Part shown: positions 1 to 8,495 of the stretch, one piece after another
Position numbering within the stretch: the stretch's first letter is position 1
How the letters are laid out: every line of letters starts with the position of its first letter
NCBI GenBank assembly: GCA_963798845.1
Contig: CAWCUS010000006.1
Location: 960,001 to 1,024,000, forward strand
Reading direction: 5' to 3'
Source of the DNA: an uncultured Gemmatimonadales bacterium
GTDB lineage: Bacteria; Gemmatimonadota; Gemmatimonadetes; Longimicrobiales; RSA9
Length of the DNA stretch: 64,000 bases
The notes under the pieces: generated by a model
The model's database searches: none
What the model saw: only the letters and a program-made list of their open reading frames with translations
Told to the model about the DNA's origin: nothing
Translations under genes and position numbers: made by a program

Positions 1-780
1 GTAGAGCGGGAGGTCGAGGCGCTGTCGGAGCGCGGCCGGCCGGTCGAGGGCGATGAGGCGGCCGCGATTCATGAGCGCGAGCCGGTGGCAGTACTCGGCC
101 TCTTCCATGTAGTGGGTGCTCACGAGCACGGTCGTCCCTCCGGCGGACAGATCGTCGATCAGGTCCCAGAAGCGGCGTCGCGAGAGCGGGTCCACGCCGG
201 ACGTGGGCTCGTCCAGGAACAGGATCGGGGGCTGGTGGAGCACCGCGCACCCGAGGGCGAGGCGCTGCTTCCAGCCGAGGGGAAGGTCCGCGGTCATGCG
301 GTCGGCCTGGCCGTCGAGCCCCGCCATGGACAGGGCCCAGCGACGCCGCTCCTCGTAACGATCGCCGGTGACCCCGTACAGCCCCGCGAACAGCTCGATG
401 TTCTCGTCCACTGTGAGATCGCCGTACAGGGAGAACAGCTGAGACATGTAGCCGATCCGCTGGCGGAGCGCGTCGCCACCCGTGCGCGCGTCCACCCCGG
501 CGACCGTGGCCTCGCCCGACGTGGGCTGGAGCAGCCCGATCAGCATCTTGATGGTCGTGGTCTTGCCCGCGCCGTTCGGGCCCAGGAACGCGAAGATCTC
601 GCCCTCGCGCACGTCGAAGCTGACGTCGTCGACCGCCGTGAAGTCGCCGAACCTGCGCGTCAGGTTGCGGACGCGCACGGCCGGGGAGGCGGAGCCGTCG
701 GCCGGCGCCGGGGTGGCGCCGGCATCGGGCGCCCGCTCGTCCGGCTGGCCGGAGCCGCCGGTCGTCGCCCGCTCAGCCAT
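1..780 (-). CDS. ABC transporter ATP-binding protein (YbhF-like), 3' end runs off the window
   Basis: Read by hand from ATG at 780 (MAERATTGG...). Walker A GPNGAGKTT, signature-like LPLGWKQR, Walker B ILFLDEPT and STHYMEEAE. Absent from the ORF track because it has no stop in the window. Confidence 0.9.
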   Translation of the reverse strand, partial: MAERATTGGSGQPDERAPDAGATPAPADGSASPAVRVRNLTRRFGDFTAVDDVSFDVREGEIFAFLGPNGAGKTTTIKMLIGLLQPTSGEATVAGVDARTGGDALRQRIGYMSQLFSLYGDLTVDENIELFAGLYGVTGDRYEERRRWALSMAGLDGQADRMTADLPLGWKQRLALGCAVLHQPPILFLDEPTSGVDPLSRRRFWDLIDDLSAGGTTVLVSTHYMEEAEYCHRLALMNRGRLIALDRPAALRQRLDLPLY

Positions 781-1744
781 GGTCGCTCGCCCAGACCTGC
801 TCGATGAACACGTCCTCCAGCGACGCGGTGACGGGACGGATCTCGCGAACGGTCACGCCGGCGTCGTGGAGCGCCCGCCGGACCGCATCCGCGGAGACCT
901 CTCCTGCCACCACGGCGTGGACCGTCTCCCCGAAGAGCGACGCGCGCTCCACGGCCGGGGAGGCCCGGAGGGCGTCGCGTGCAGCCCTGGGGTCGTCCGC
1001 CCGCACCTCTACGACGCCGGAGAGGCGCTGCTGGAGGGCGTCGGGCGTGTCGAGCGCGAGGACGCGCCCGTGGTGGAGGAAGGCGACGCGGTCGCATCGC
1101 TCCGCCTCGTCCATGTAGGCGGTGGAAACCAGGATGGTGACGCCTTCCTGCACCATCTCGTGGAGGATGAGCCAGAGGTCGCGGCGGGAGATCGGATCGA
1201 CGCCGAACGTGGGCTCGTCCAGCAGGAGGATGTCGGGGCGGTGGATCAGGGCGCAGGAGAGCGAGAGCTTCTGCTTCATCCCGCCCGAGAGCTTTCCCGC
1301 CAGACGATCCTGGAACTCCTCCAGGTTGCTGAAGGCGAAGAGGCGCTCGAGCCGTTGCTTCCGCTCGCGACGCGGCACGCGGTAGAGGTCGGCATAGAAG
1401 TCGAGGTTCTCCCGAACCGTCAGGTCCTCGTAGAGACCGAACCTCTGCGCCATGTACGCCACGTGGGGGCGGATGAGGTCGGGCTCCCGGGCCACCGAGA
1501 ACCCGGCCACCAGAGCGTCGCCCGAGGTCGGACGCACCACGCCCGCGAGAATGCGCAGCGTGGTGGTCTTCCCGGCCCCGTCCGGGCCCACCAGGCCGAA
1601 CAGCTCGCCGCGCGAGACCCGGAACGTGAGCCCGTCGACAGCCACGAGGTCGCCGAATCGGCGGGACAGCCCATCGAGGACGACGGCATCCCCCGGAGCG
1701 TCCCCGGGCGGGGCCGTGGCCCCGGTCGGCACTTCCGACATCAA
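773..1744 (-). CDS. ABC transporter ATP-binding protein (YbhF-like)
   Basis: GPDGAGKTT, LSGGMKQK and ILLLDEPT motifs; overlaps both neighbours as in an operon. Confidence 0.93.
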   Translation of the reverse strand: MMSEVPTGATAPPGDAPGDAVVLDGLSRRFGDLVAVDGLTFRVSRGELFGLVGPDGAGKTTTLRILAGVVRPTSGDALVAGFSVAREPDLIRPHVAYMAQRFGLYEDLTVRENLDFYADLYRVPRRERKQRLERLFAFSNLEEFQDRLAGKLSGGMKQKLSLSCALIHRPDILLLDEPTFGVDPISRRDLWLILHEMVQEGVTILVSTAYMDEAERCDRVAFLHHGRVLALDTPDALQQRLSGVVEVRADDPRAARDALRASPAVERASLFGETVHAVVAGEVSADAVRRALHDAGVTVREIRPVTASLEDVFIEQVWASDHG

Positions 1745-2751
1745 CCCTCCGACGGCGCGGCCTGTCCCGCGCTCCGGAGCAGCGTCACGTCCGCAGGGAC
1801 GCCAGGCTTCAGCTGGAGCTCCGGGTCGCCCGCGATCTCAACGCGCACCGCATACACCAGCTTCACCCGCTCTTCCTTCGTCTGGACGTTGCGGGGCGTG
1901 AACTCGGCCTCGCGCGCGATGAAGCTCACCCGGCCCGGGTAGTCGCGGTCCTCGAAGCTGTCGGAGGTGATGCGCGCGGCCTGTCCGAGCGAAACGGCGC
2001 CGATCCGGTCCTCCGGGATGTAGATCCGGACCCAGCGGTCCGCCGGGTCCATCACCGTGAGGACCGGAAGTCCGGGCTGCACGGTTTCCCCCTCCTCCCG
2101 GTGGCGGATGGTCACCACGCCGTCGAAGGGGGCGCGGATCTCGGCGTTCGCCAGCTGCGCTTCCACCTGCCGGACCTGCGCCTCCGCGGCCGAGACCGCC
2201 GCTTTCTGCGCTTCCACGCGCTGCGGACGCGGTCCGGTCTCCACCGCGCTCAGCTGCTCACGGACCTGGTCGAGCGACGCCTCGGCCACTTCGGCCGCGG
2301 TCTTCGCCTTGTCCAGCGCCTCCCGGCTGATCGCCCCGCCTTCGTACAGGTTGTTCGCCCGCTCGAGGTCCCGGCGCGCGTCTTCCATCCGCTGCGAGGC
2401 CGCCCGCACGCCGGCACGCCCCTGGGCCACCTCTTCCGGGCGGCCGCCCGCCTGCATCTCGGCGAGGACCGCCCGCGCACCCGCGAGCTGGGACTCAGCC
2501 GCGGCCTTCCGAGCGTCGAGCTCCGCCGCGTCCAGCCGGGCGAGGAACTGCCCCCGCGTCACCGGATCGCCCTCCCGCACCGCGATCGCCGCGATGCGTC
2601 CCGGGAGCTGGAAGCCGAGGTCCGCTTCCGTGGCCTCCACCGTGCCCGAGGCTTCCAGGCCTCCGTCGCCAGCGCCCGGGCGCAGCGCCAGGAACAGCAC
2701 GAGCGCAACGACAAGGGCTCCCACGACACCCACCGCGATCCGTCGCCTCAT
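1741..2751 (-). CDS. HlyD-family efflux periplasmic adaptor (YbhG-like)
   Basis: C-terminal part of track ORF 1741..3903, starting MRRRIAVGVV. N-terminal TM helix, ASGTVEATE, EGDPVTRGQ, coiled coil, IRAPFDGVV and AEFTPRNVQT. ATGA overlap with the TolC stop. Confidence 0.92.
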   Translation of the reverse strand: MRRRIAVGVVGALVVALVLFLALRPGAGDGGLEASGTVEATEADLGFQLPGRIAAIAVREGDPVTRGQFLARLDAAELDARKAAAESQLAGARAVLAEMQAGGRPEEVAQGRAGVRAASQRMEDARRDLERANNLYEGGAISREALDKAKTAAEVAEASLDQVREQLSAVETGPRPQRVEAQKAAVSAAEAQVRQVEAQLANAEIRAPFDGVVTIRHREEGETVQPGLPVLTVMDPADRWVRIYIPEDRIGAVSLGQAARITSDSFEDRDYPGRVSFIAREAEFTPRNVQTKEERVKLVYAVRVEIAGDPELQLKPGVPADVTLLRSAGQAAPSEG

Positions 2752-4193
2752 CGCTCCACCTCTTCCGTCATCCGTTCCACCCAGTCCACGCTCAGGCGCC
2801 CGGTGGCCTGAGCCAGCCTCACCATCGCGTCCAGCACCGCGTGCCTCGCCTCCGACCGCGACGCCCTCGCCGAGAGCAGGTCCGCCTCCGCCTGCAGATA
2901 GTCCGTCTGCACCCCCGCGCCCGACTTCAGCGACAGCGCCTCGATCCTCGCCACCTCGGCCGATTGCGCCACTGCCGCGTCCAGCGCCTCGGCCCGAGCA
3001 CGGGCGGAGCGGTAGGCCAGCAGCGCACCGTCCACCGCGTCCGCTACCTGGCGACGAACCGACTCCGCGTCCGACGCCGCCGCAGACGCCTCGGCGCGCG
3101 CACGGTCCACCGCCCGGCCGCGCGCGCCCCCGGTGAAGACCGGGTAGCTGACCTGCACGCCGGCGTTCCATTCCGGCTGGAGGTCGATCGACGGGGAGCC
3201 GAAGGCGCTGTACACGCCGGACAGCGCAAGGCGGGGGAAGAACGCCGATCGCGCGCCGGACACGCCCGTCCTCGCCGCGGCGCTCCGGTCCTCCGCCTGC
3301 GCCACCCGCGGACTCTGCGCCAGCGCCTCGGCCACCAGGGAGTCCCGGTCGAGCGACGGCTCCCCAGCCGGCACGACAGGGGACAGGCGCGCGTCGAGCA
3401 CGCGCGCGTCCGCCAGACCCGAAACCCGCGCCAGCCGACGTCGAGCCAGCCGGAGCTGCTGCTCCGCCGATACCGCCTCCGCATGCGCCCGGCTCAGCGC
3501 GGCGTCCGTCCGGAGCACCGCCACGCGCGCGGCCTTCCCCTGGCCGAACATCAGCTGCGAACGGTCGTGCTCCTGCTCCAGCGCCGTCACCCGCTCCCGG
3601 TGGGCGGCCATCACCTCCTCCGCCGTGAGCACGGCGAGATACGACGACACCGCCTCGGCGATGACCGCGTCCGCCGACGCCTCCGCCCCCGCGCCCGCGG
3701 CCGCCGCCGCGTTCTCCGCAGCGCGCACCCGCGCCCGTCGGGCGCCGCCGTCGAACAACGTGTAGTCCAGCGAGGCGTGACCCTGGTACAGGGTCTCGTC
3801 GAACGTCGGCGGGTCGAGCGGGTCGAAGCCGTGCAGCGGCGCCACCACCATCGGCTCCTGGTACCGCTTCACGAGCGCGGACGTGGAGAGCGTGGGCAGC
3901 CACGCCGCCTTCGCTTCTCCCGCCGCCGCTTCCGCCGCGTCCCGCCGCGCCCGCGCCCCGGCCAGCGCCGGGTGCGTGGAGAGCGCAGAGGAGACCACTT
4001 CCGCCAGTGACAGCGGCCGCGCAGAGTCCGCTCCGGCCCCGCCTCCGGGGCCAGCCGGACCGTCGGCGCCCGAGCCGGGCAATGACGCCCCCGCAGCCGC
4101 GGGAAGGGATGTTCTCTCCTGCGCCGCCGCGCCGCCCGCCGCCAGCAACGCCGGCGCCGCAGCCAGCACCGCCAAGATCAACGCGATCCTCAT
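2748..4193 (-). CDS. TolC-family outer membrane efflux protein
   Basis: Starts MRIALILAVLAAA (signal peptide). Two OEP repeats (WLPTLS...YTLFDGG and FFPRLAL...YPVFTGG). Confidence 0.9.
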   Translation of the reverse strand: MRIALILAVLAAAPALLAAGGAAAQERTSLPAAAGASLPGSGADGPAGPGGGAGADSARPLSLAEVVSSALSTHPALAGARARRDAAEAAAGEAKAAWLPTLSTSALVKRYQEPMVVAPLHGFDPLDPPTFDETLYQGHASLDYTLFDGGARRARVRAAENAAAAAGAGAEASADAVIAEAVSSYLAVLTAEEVMAAHRERVTALEQEHDRSQLMFGQGKAARVAVLRTDAALSRAHAEAVSAEQQLRLARRRLARVSGLADARVLDARLSPVVPAGEPSLDRDSLVAEALAQSPRVAQAEDRSAAARTGVSGARSAFFPRLALSGVYSAFGSPSIDLQPEWNAGVQVSYPVFTGGARGRAVDRARAEASAAASDAESVRRQVADAVDGALLAYRSARARAEALDAAVAQSAEVARIEALSLKSGAGVQTDYLQAEADLLSARASRSEARHAVLDAMVRLAQATGRLSVDWVERMTEEVER

Positions 4194-4816
4194 GGTCTCA
4201 ACGCGTTCAGGATGAATTCGGGCAGCCGCTCCTTTCGCTCCTCCAGCAGATCGGCATACCCCTCCTCCCCCACCCCGAGCACCACGCGCAGGAGCGGCCG
4301 CCCGGCAAAGGGGAACATGACCAGCGAGAACAGGTTCAGGACGAGCTCCTCCGCCGAAATCGACCGGATTCGCCCCGCCTCCGCCTCCTCCCTCAGCTGA
4401 CGGCCCACCGCCGTGAGCACCGATTCCCCCATCCGCTCCAGCTGCGCCCCGGCCGCCGCCGCGAATGCCTCCTTCACCCGCTCCGGGTGGTGCGTCAGCT
4501 CGCCCAGGACGTACCCCGGCAGGAACGGACTGCGACGCAGCTCCTCCGTCTCCACCTCCACTACCCGCCGCACCTTCTCCTCCAGTGGAACTGCCGAGCA
4601 CAGGATCCCGATCACCTGCGGCAGGAGGCTCGCCAGCGCCCGCCGGAACACCGCCAGCGCCAGCCCATCCTTGCTGCGGAAGTAGTAGTGCAGCAGGGCC
4701 TTGTTCACCCCCGCCTCGTCCGCCACCTCCTGCATCCGCGCCCCCGCCGTCCCCTTTCGCAGGAAGACCGCGTGCGCCGCGTCCAGGATGCGTTCTTCAG
4801 TCTCTCGTTCGGGCAT
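4190..4816 (-). CDS. TetR/AcrR family transcriptional regulator
   Basis: N-terminal HTH RILDAAHAVFLRKG...VADEAGVNKALLHYYFRSK; first gene of the efflux operon. Confidence 0.93.
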   Translation of the reverse strand: MPERETEERILDAAHAVFLRKGTAGARMQEVADEAGVNKALLHYYFRSKDGLALAVFRRALASLLPQVIGILCSAVPLEEKVRRVVEVETEELRRSPFLPGYVLGELTHHPERVKEAFAAAAGAQLERMGESVLTAVGRQLREEAEAGRIRSISAEELVLNLFSLVMFPFAGRPLLRVVLGVGEEGYADLLEERKERLPEFILNALRP

Positions 4817-4817
4817 T

Positions 4818-4848
4818 CTTAACCATGCAGTTTAACTGGATGGTAAAG
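4818..4848. promoter_or_regulatory. Inverted repeat, likely TetR operator
   Basis: ACCATGCAGTT-T-AACTGGATGGT (11-bp arms, 1 mismatch, extendable to 4818-4848) between the -10 box and the tetR start. Confidence 0.7.
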
Positions 4849-4875
4849 ATTGCCACACGGCGGGCGTCGTGTCAA
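4847..4875 (-). promoter_or_regulatory. sigma70-type promoter of the tetR-efflux operon
   Basis: On the minus strand: TTGACA (4875-4870), 17-bp spacer, CAATCT (4852-4847). Confidence 0.7.
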
Positions 4876-5053
4876 GACCGAGCTCACACACCACAGGCCA
4901 GCAGGAGGGGATGGAGCCGGGGGCGGGGAACGGGGGCAGGGCGGGAGCCGATCGAGGAGGGCACGAGGAGGAGGTGGGGAGGGGGTGAGGAGGGGGCAGG
5001 ACGGGGCGCGGCGGACCGCGCTGCCGGGATTCCGGACCTCAGTGTCCAAGAGC

Positions 5054-5082
5054 TTGTGCGGGAACGGGATCGACGCTAGCTT
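5054..5082 (+). promoter_or_regulatory. sigma70-type promoter for the small transcript at about 5089-5390
   Basis: TTGTGC, 17-bp spacer, TAGCTT. Confidence 0.5.
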
Positions 5083-5207
5083 GTTGGCGTCGCCGGAATC
5101 GGCGGCTGGGCCCAAGGCCGACGTCCCAGGGGGCGCGGCCGGGGGACCGCGGGGAAGACCCCGCTGGTGCCAACGCCCGATGTTTCATTCTGAAAAGGAG
5201 GTGATCC

Positions 5208-5273
5208 TTGTCAAGTGGTTCCAGTACTGTGCGCGACCTGACACGGGCAAGCGATCGCCTGATCGGCGCCTAG
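5208..5273 (+). CDS. Candidate 21-aa small ORF (MSSGSSTVRDLTRASDRLIGA)
   Basis: TTG start 6 nt after GGAGG, within AAAGGAGGTGATCC (5194-5207), the exact complement of the conserved 16S 3' end. Too short for the ORF track. Confidence 0.45.
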   Translation: MSSGSSTVRDLTRASDRLIGA

Positions 5274-5353
5274 CCGAGAGGTATTCGCAGGACGCTGTCC
5301 GAAGACCGACGGGTGCCGATCGCGGCATTGCGTCAGGATCGCGACAGGAAATA

Positions 5354-5394
5354 GAGCGCCGCCGGTTCTGGGAACCGGCGGCGCTCGTCATTTC
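5354..5394. terminator. Strong hairpin terminator, possibly bidirectional
   Basis: GAGCGCCGCCGGTTC-TGG-GAACCGGCGGCGCTC (15-bp perfect stem) just past the DUF302 stop. Followed by TATTTCC on the minus strand and GTCATTTC on the plus strand. Confidence 0.75.
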
Positions 5395-5397
5395 GGG

Positions 5398-5799
5398 TCA
5401 GACCGCGTCGATGGCCCGCTGCATCCGCTGCCGGACCTGCTCGGCCAGGGCGGGGAGGTCGGCGTTGTCGGCGACGGAGAGCTGCCTCACGGGGTCGATG
5501 GCCTCGACCATGGTGCGCCCGTCGGGGAGTTCCCGCACGACCACGTTGCAGGGGAGGAGGAGTCCGATGTCGGGCTCGGCCTGGAGCGCCTGGTGGGCGA
5601 GCGGTGGATTGCAGGCGCCCAGGATGAGGTACCTGGGGAAGTCGATGTCGAGCTTCTTCTTCATGGTCGCCTTGACGTCGATCTCGGTGAGGACGCCGAA
5701 CCCCTCGGCCTGAAGGGCGTCTCTGACTCGACGGTCGGCCTCATCGAAGGACACCTCGAGAGTGCGGGCGAGGGCGTAGGAAGCGGCTTCTGTGATCAC
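5398..5799 (-). CDS. DUF302 domain-containing protein
   Basis: C-terminal 133 aa of track ORF 5398..6657 with GFGVLTEID, YLILGACNP and IGLLLPCNVVV; GTG start at 5799. Confidence 0.88.
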   Translation of the reverse strand: MITEAASYALARTLEVSFDEADRRVRDALQAEGFGVLTEIDVKATMKKKLDIDFPRYLILGACNPPLAHQALQAEPDIGLLLPCNVVVRELPDGRTMVEAIDPVRQLSVADNADLPALAEQVRQRMQRAIDAV

Positions 5800-5970
5800 G
5801 GTTCGGCTCCGATTTTCGGTGTAGGTGGGCGGGGCGCCCTGCCCCGCCTTTCTGTTTCGATGGATAACACATCGGGCAACCCGGTCGGCCACGTGGCGAC
5901 GCGCGTGTGCGTGAATGGAACGAATCCCGCATCGGGCGGTGCGCGACGCAACCCCCTCGAAGAGGCAGCC

Positions 5971-7596
5971 GTGGCGGAATCGTTCGACCTCGGGGCGCTG
6001 GTCGAGGAGTTCCGGGACGAAGCCCGTGACCAGGTGGACCGGCTCGACGGAGGGCTGATCCAGCTGGAGCGGGAAGGGGGGCTCTCGGAGGAGCCCCGAA
6101 GCGAGTTGCTGCGCGCTCTCCACACGTTGAAGGGGAACGCCGGGATGCTCGGTCTCTCCGCGATTCGGGACTTCGTCCACGTGCTGGAGAACGTGTTGAA
6201 ATCGCCGCCGGACGCGTGGGCGGACCCGATGCTGGAGCGGCTTTTCGAGGGTGCGGCCGCGGTGCGCCGAGCAGTGGAGGCGGCGGGAACGGACGACCAG
6301 ACCGAAGCGTTTGGTGAGCTGACGGCGGCGCGTCACCGGGTCGAGGAGCTCGAGCCGCCGGGGCGGCCGACCTCCGTCGTGGCGGGGGGGAGCGGTGCGG
6401 GGGCGGAGGCCGAGGGGGGTGGGGGTGCGCCGCTCGATCGCGTCCGGGTGCCGTTCCAGAAGCTCGACGCGCTGCTGAGCGAGGTGGGCGAGCTGGCGGC
6501 AGAGCTGGCCGGGGTCGAAGAGGCGCTCCAGAGCGTGGGCGTGTCGAGGTCGGTCCGGGCCAGCGTGCAGGCGGTGCGGCGCAGGGCGCGGGGGATACGC
6601 GACGGGGTGATGGGGTTGCGCCTGGTGCCGATGGCACGGGTGCTGGCGCGCTTCCACGCGCTGGTGCGGCGGCTTGCGCGGGAGCAGGGGAAGGAGGCGA
6701 GGCTGGTCGTGGAGGGCGAGGGGACGGAAGTGGACAAGAGCACGGCGGACGCGCTATCCGAGCCGCTGCTGCACCTCGTTCGCAACGCCATCGATCACGG
6801 GATCCAGACGCCGGCGGAGCGGGAAGCGGTGGGCAAGCCGCGCCATGGCACGATCCGGGTGATCGCTTCGCAGGACGGCGATGGAGTGCGGCTGGTGGTG
6901 GAAGACGACGGCAGTGGACTGGACCTGCCGGCGATCCGAAGTCGAGCGGAAGCGGCGGGGCTGGTTCAGCCCGGGGCGACGCGAACCGCCGAGGAGATCG
7001 CGGGCCTGATCTTCCTGCCCGGGTTCAGCACGCGGACGGACGTCAGCACGGTGTCGGGCCGGGGCGTGGGACTGGACGTGGTGCGCCGGAGCATCCGGGA
7101 GCTGCGCGGTGACCTGCGGGTCGAGCGACTGCAGGAAGGCGGAACGCGCTTCGTGATGCGACTCCCGCTGACGGTCGCGGTGGTGCCGAGCCTGATCCTG
7201 GAGACGGGCGGGGAGGTGCTGGCGGTCGCGGCGGCGGACGTCGTCCGCACGCTCAAGCTGATGGCGGTGGAGCGGGTGGGGGCGGGCGAGATGGTGCGCG
7301 TCGATGGGAAGCTGGTCCCCGTGATCGTGCCCGGGCGGCTTTTCGGCTGGAAGGAAGACGGCCGGGGCTCCCTGGGCGTGCTGGTTCGCAGCGGCGCCGA
7401 CGCGGCAGTTCTGGCGGCCGACCGTTTCCTGGACCAGCGTGACCTGGTGGTGAAGCAACTGCCTCCGTTCGGATCCCGCCCCCTCGGCGTCTCCGCCGCC
7501 AGCCTCAGGCCGGGCGGCCGCGTGATCCTGGTCCTGGACGCGCTGGAAGTCATGCAGCTGAACGAGGAACGGCCGGGCGGGAGCGCCGCGGCATGA
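5971..7596 (+). CDS. cheA: Chemotaxis histidine kinase CheA
   Basis: Hpt domain (LRALHTLKGNAG), dimerisation RVPFQKLDALL, HATPase (HLVRNAIDHG, DDGSG, PGFST, SGRGVGLDVV) and C-terminal CheW-like domain; GTG start at 5971. Confidence 0.95.
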   Translation: MAESFDLGALVEEFRDEARDQVDRLDGGLIQLEREGGLSEEPRSELLRALHTLKGNAGMLGLSAIRDFVHVLENVLKSPPDAWADPMLERLFEGAAAVRRAVEAAGTDDQTEAFGELTAARHRVEELEPPGRPTSVVAGGSGAGAEAEGGGGAPLDRVRVPFQKLDALLSEVGELAAELAGVEEALQSVGVSRSVRASVQAVRRRARGIRDGVMGLRLVPMARVLARFHALVRRLAREQGKEARLVVEGEGTEVDKSTADALSEPLLHLVRNAIDHGIQTPAEREAVGKPRHGTIRVIASQDGDGVRLVVEDDGSGLDLPAIRSRAEAAGLVQPGATRTAEEIAGLIFLPGFSTRTDVSTVSGRGVGLDVVRRSIRELRGDLRVERLQEGGTRFVMRLPLTVAVVPSLILETGGEVLAVAAADVVRTLKLMAVERVGAGEMVRVDGKLVPVIVPGRLFGWKEDGRGSLGVLVRSGADAAVLAADRFLDQRDLVVKQLPPFGSRPLGVSAASLRPGGRVILVLDALEVMQLNEERPGGSAAA

Positions 7597-7976
7597 GCAC
7601 CGGCAAAGTGCTGGTCCTGGAGGACAGCCCCATGATGCGGAGCCTGTACCGGATGGTCCTGTCCGGAGAAGCCGAATCGCTGCGCTTCGCGGGGGATGGG
7701 ATCGAGGGGCTGGACCTCGCCGCCGCGGAGCCGGACCTGGACCTCTGCATCGTGGACGTGAACCTCCCACGCCTGGACGGGATCGCCTTCATACGCCGCC
7801 TGCGCACGGAGCTCGGCTTCGAGGCCGTGCGCATCGTGGTGGTGTCCACGGAGTGCGCCGACGCCGACAGGGCCGCAGCGTTCGAGGCGGGCGCCGACCG
7901 CTACCTGTGCAAGCCGTGGGAGCCGGACGAGCTCCTGTCCACGATCCGGAGCGTCCGAGGCGGGGAGCACGCGTGA
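7593..7976 (+). CDS. cheY: Single-domain response regulator (CheY-like)
   Basis: REC motifs VLVLEDS, DVNLPRLDG and KPW; sits in the che cluster. Confidence 0.85.
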   Translation: MSTGKVLVLEDSPMMRSLYRMVLSGEAESLRFAGDGIEGLDLAAAEPDLDLCIVDVNLPRLDGIAFIRRLRTELGFEAVRIVVVSTECADADRAAAFEAGADRYLCKPWEPDELLSTIRSVRGGEHA

Positions 7977-8491
7977 GCGCCGCGGCGGATCCGGATCTTC
8001 CGGCCGGAGCGGGCGAGCGCGCCGGGGACCTCGCCGACCCGGCACCGACCCGGGACCTGCTCGTGGTGGGGCTGGGCAGCGCCCGCTTCGGGATCTGGGC
8101 GGACGAGGTGCTGGAGATCGTGGTTACACCGCCCATCAGCCGGCTTCCGGTCTCGAGCCCGGAAGTGGCCGGGGTGACGCATGTTCGGGGGGACATCGTC
8201 CCCGTGCTGGACCTTGGGTTGCGGCTGCTCGGCGTTTCCGCGCGGCGGCCCGGGCGTCTGGTCCTGGCCCGGAACAGCGAGACCGGGACCACCGTGGGGC
8301 TCCTGGTGGACGGCGCCCGCACGCTCCTCCAGGTGCCCGCCGGGGAGATCGACCCGCCGCCTCGCCCGTCCGATTCCGGCCTGCCGGCTGGCGTGGCGAT
8401 CGGGCTGGTGCCGGACGACGAGGGTGCGGTCACGGTGCTGCACCTGGGGCGCGCGACGGCGCCGCCCGAACCGACGAATCAGGAGGCGTGA
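7973..8491 (+). CDS. cheW: Chemotaxis coupling protein CheW
   Basis: VLEIV, GVTHVRGDIVPVLDL and VGLLVD motifs; GTG start overlaps the cheY stop. Confidence 0.9.
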   Translation: MSAAADPDLPAGAGERAGDLADPAPTRDLLVVGLGSARFGIWADEVLEIVVTPPISRLPVSSPEVAGVTHVRGDIVPVLDLGLRLLGVSARRPGRLVLARNSETGTTVGLLVDGARTLLQVPAGEIDPPPRPSDSGLPAGVAIGLVPDDEGAVTVLHLGRATAPPEPTNQEA

Positions 8492-8495
8492 GCGG

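Noticed and set aside
5194..5207. 16S rRNA gene fragment on the minus strand (GGATCACCTCCTTT)
   Set aside because: The adjoining sequence does not continue as 16S (no AAGTCGTAACAAGGTA or helix 45), so it is treated as an extended SD.
5089..5390. tmRNA or 6S RNA identity for the small structured transcript
   Set aside because: No tRNA-like ends or typical ALAA-type tag. The rod lacks the central bubble and end-to-end closing stem of 6S. An Rfam search is still needed to exclude these formally.
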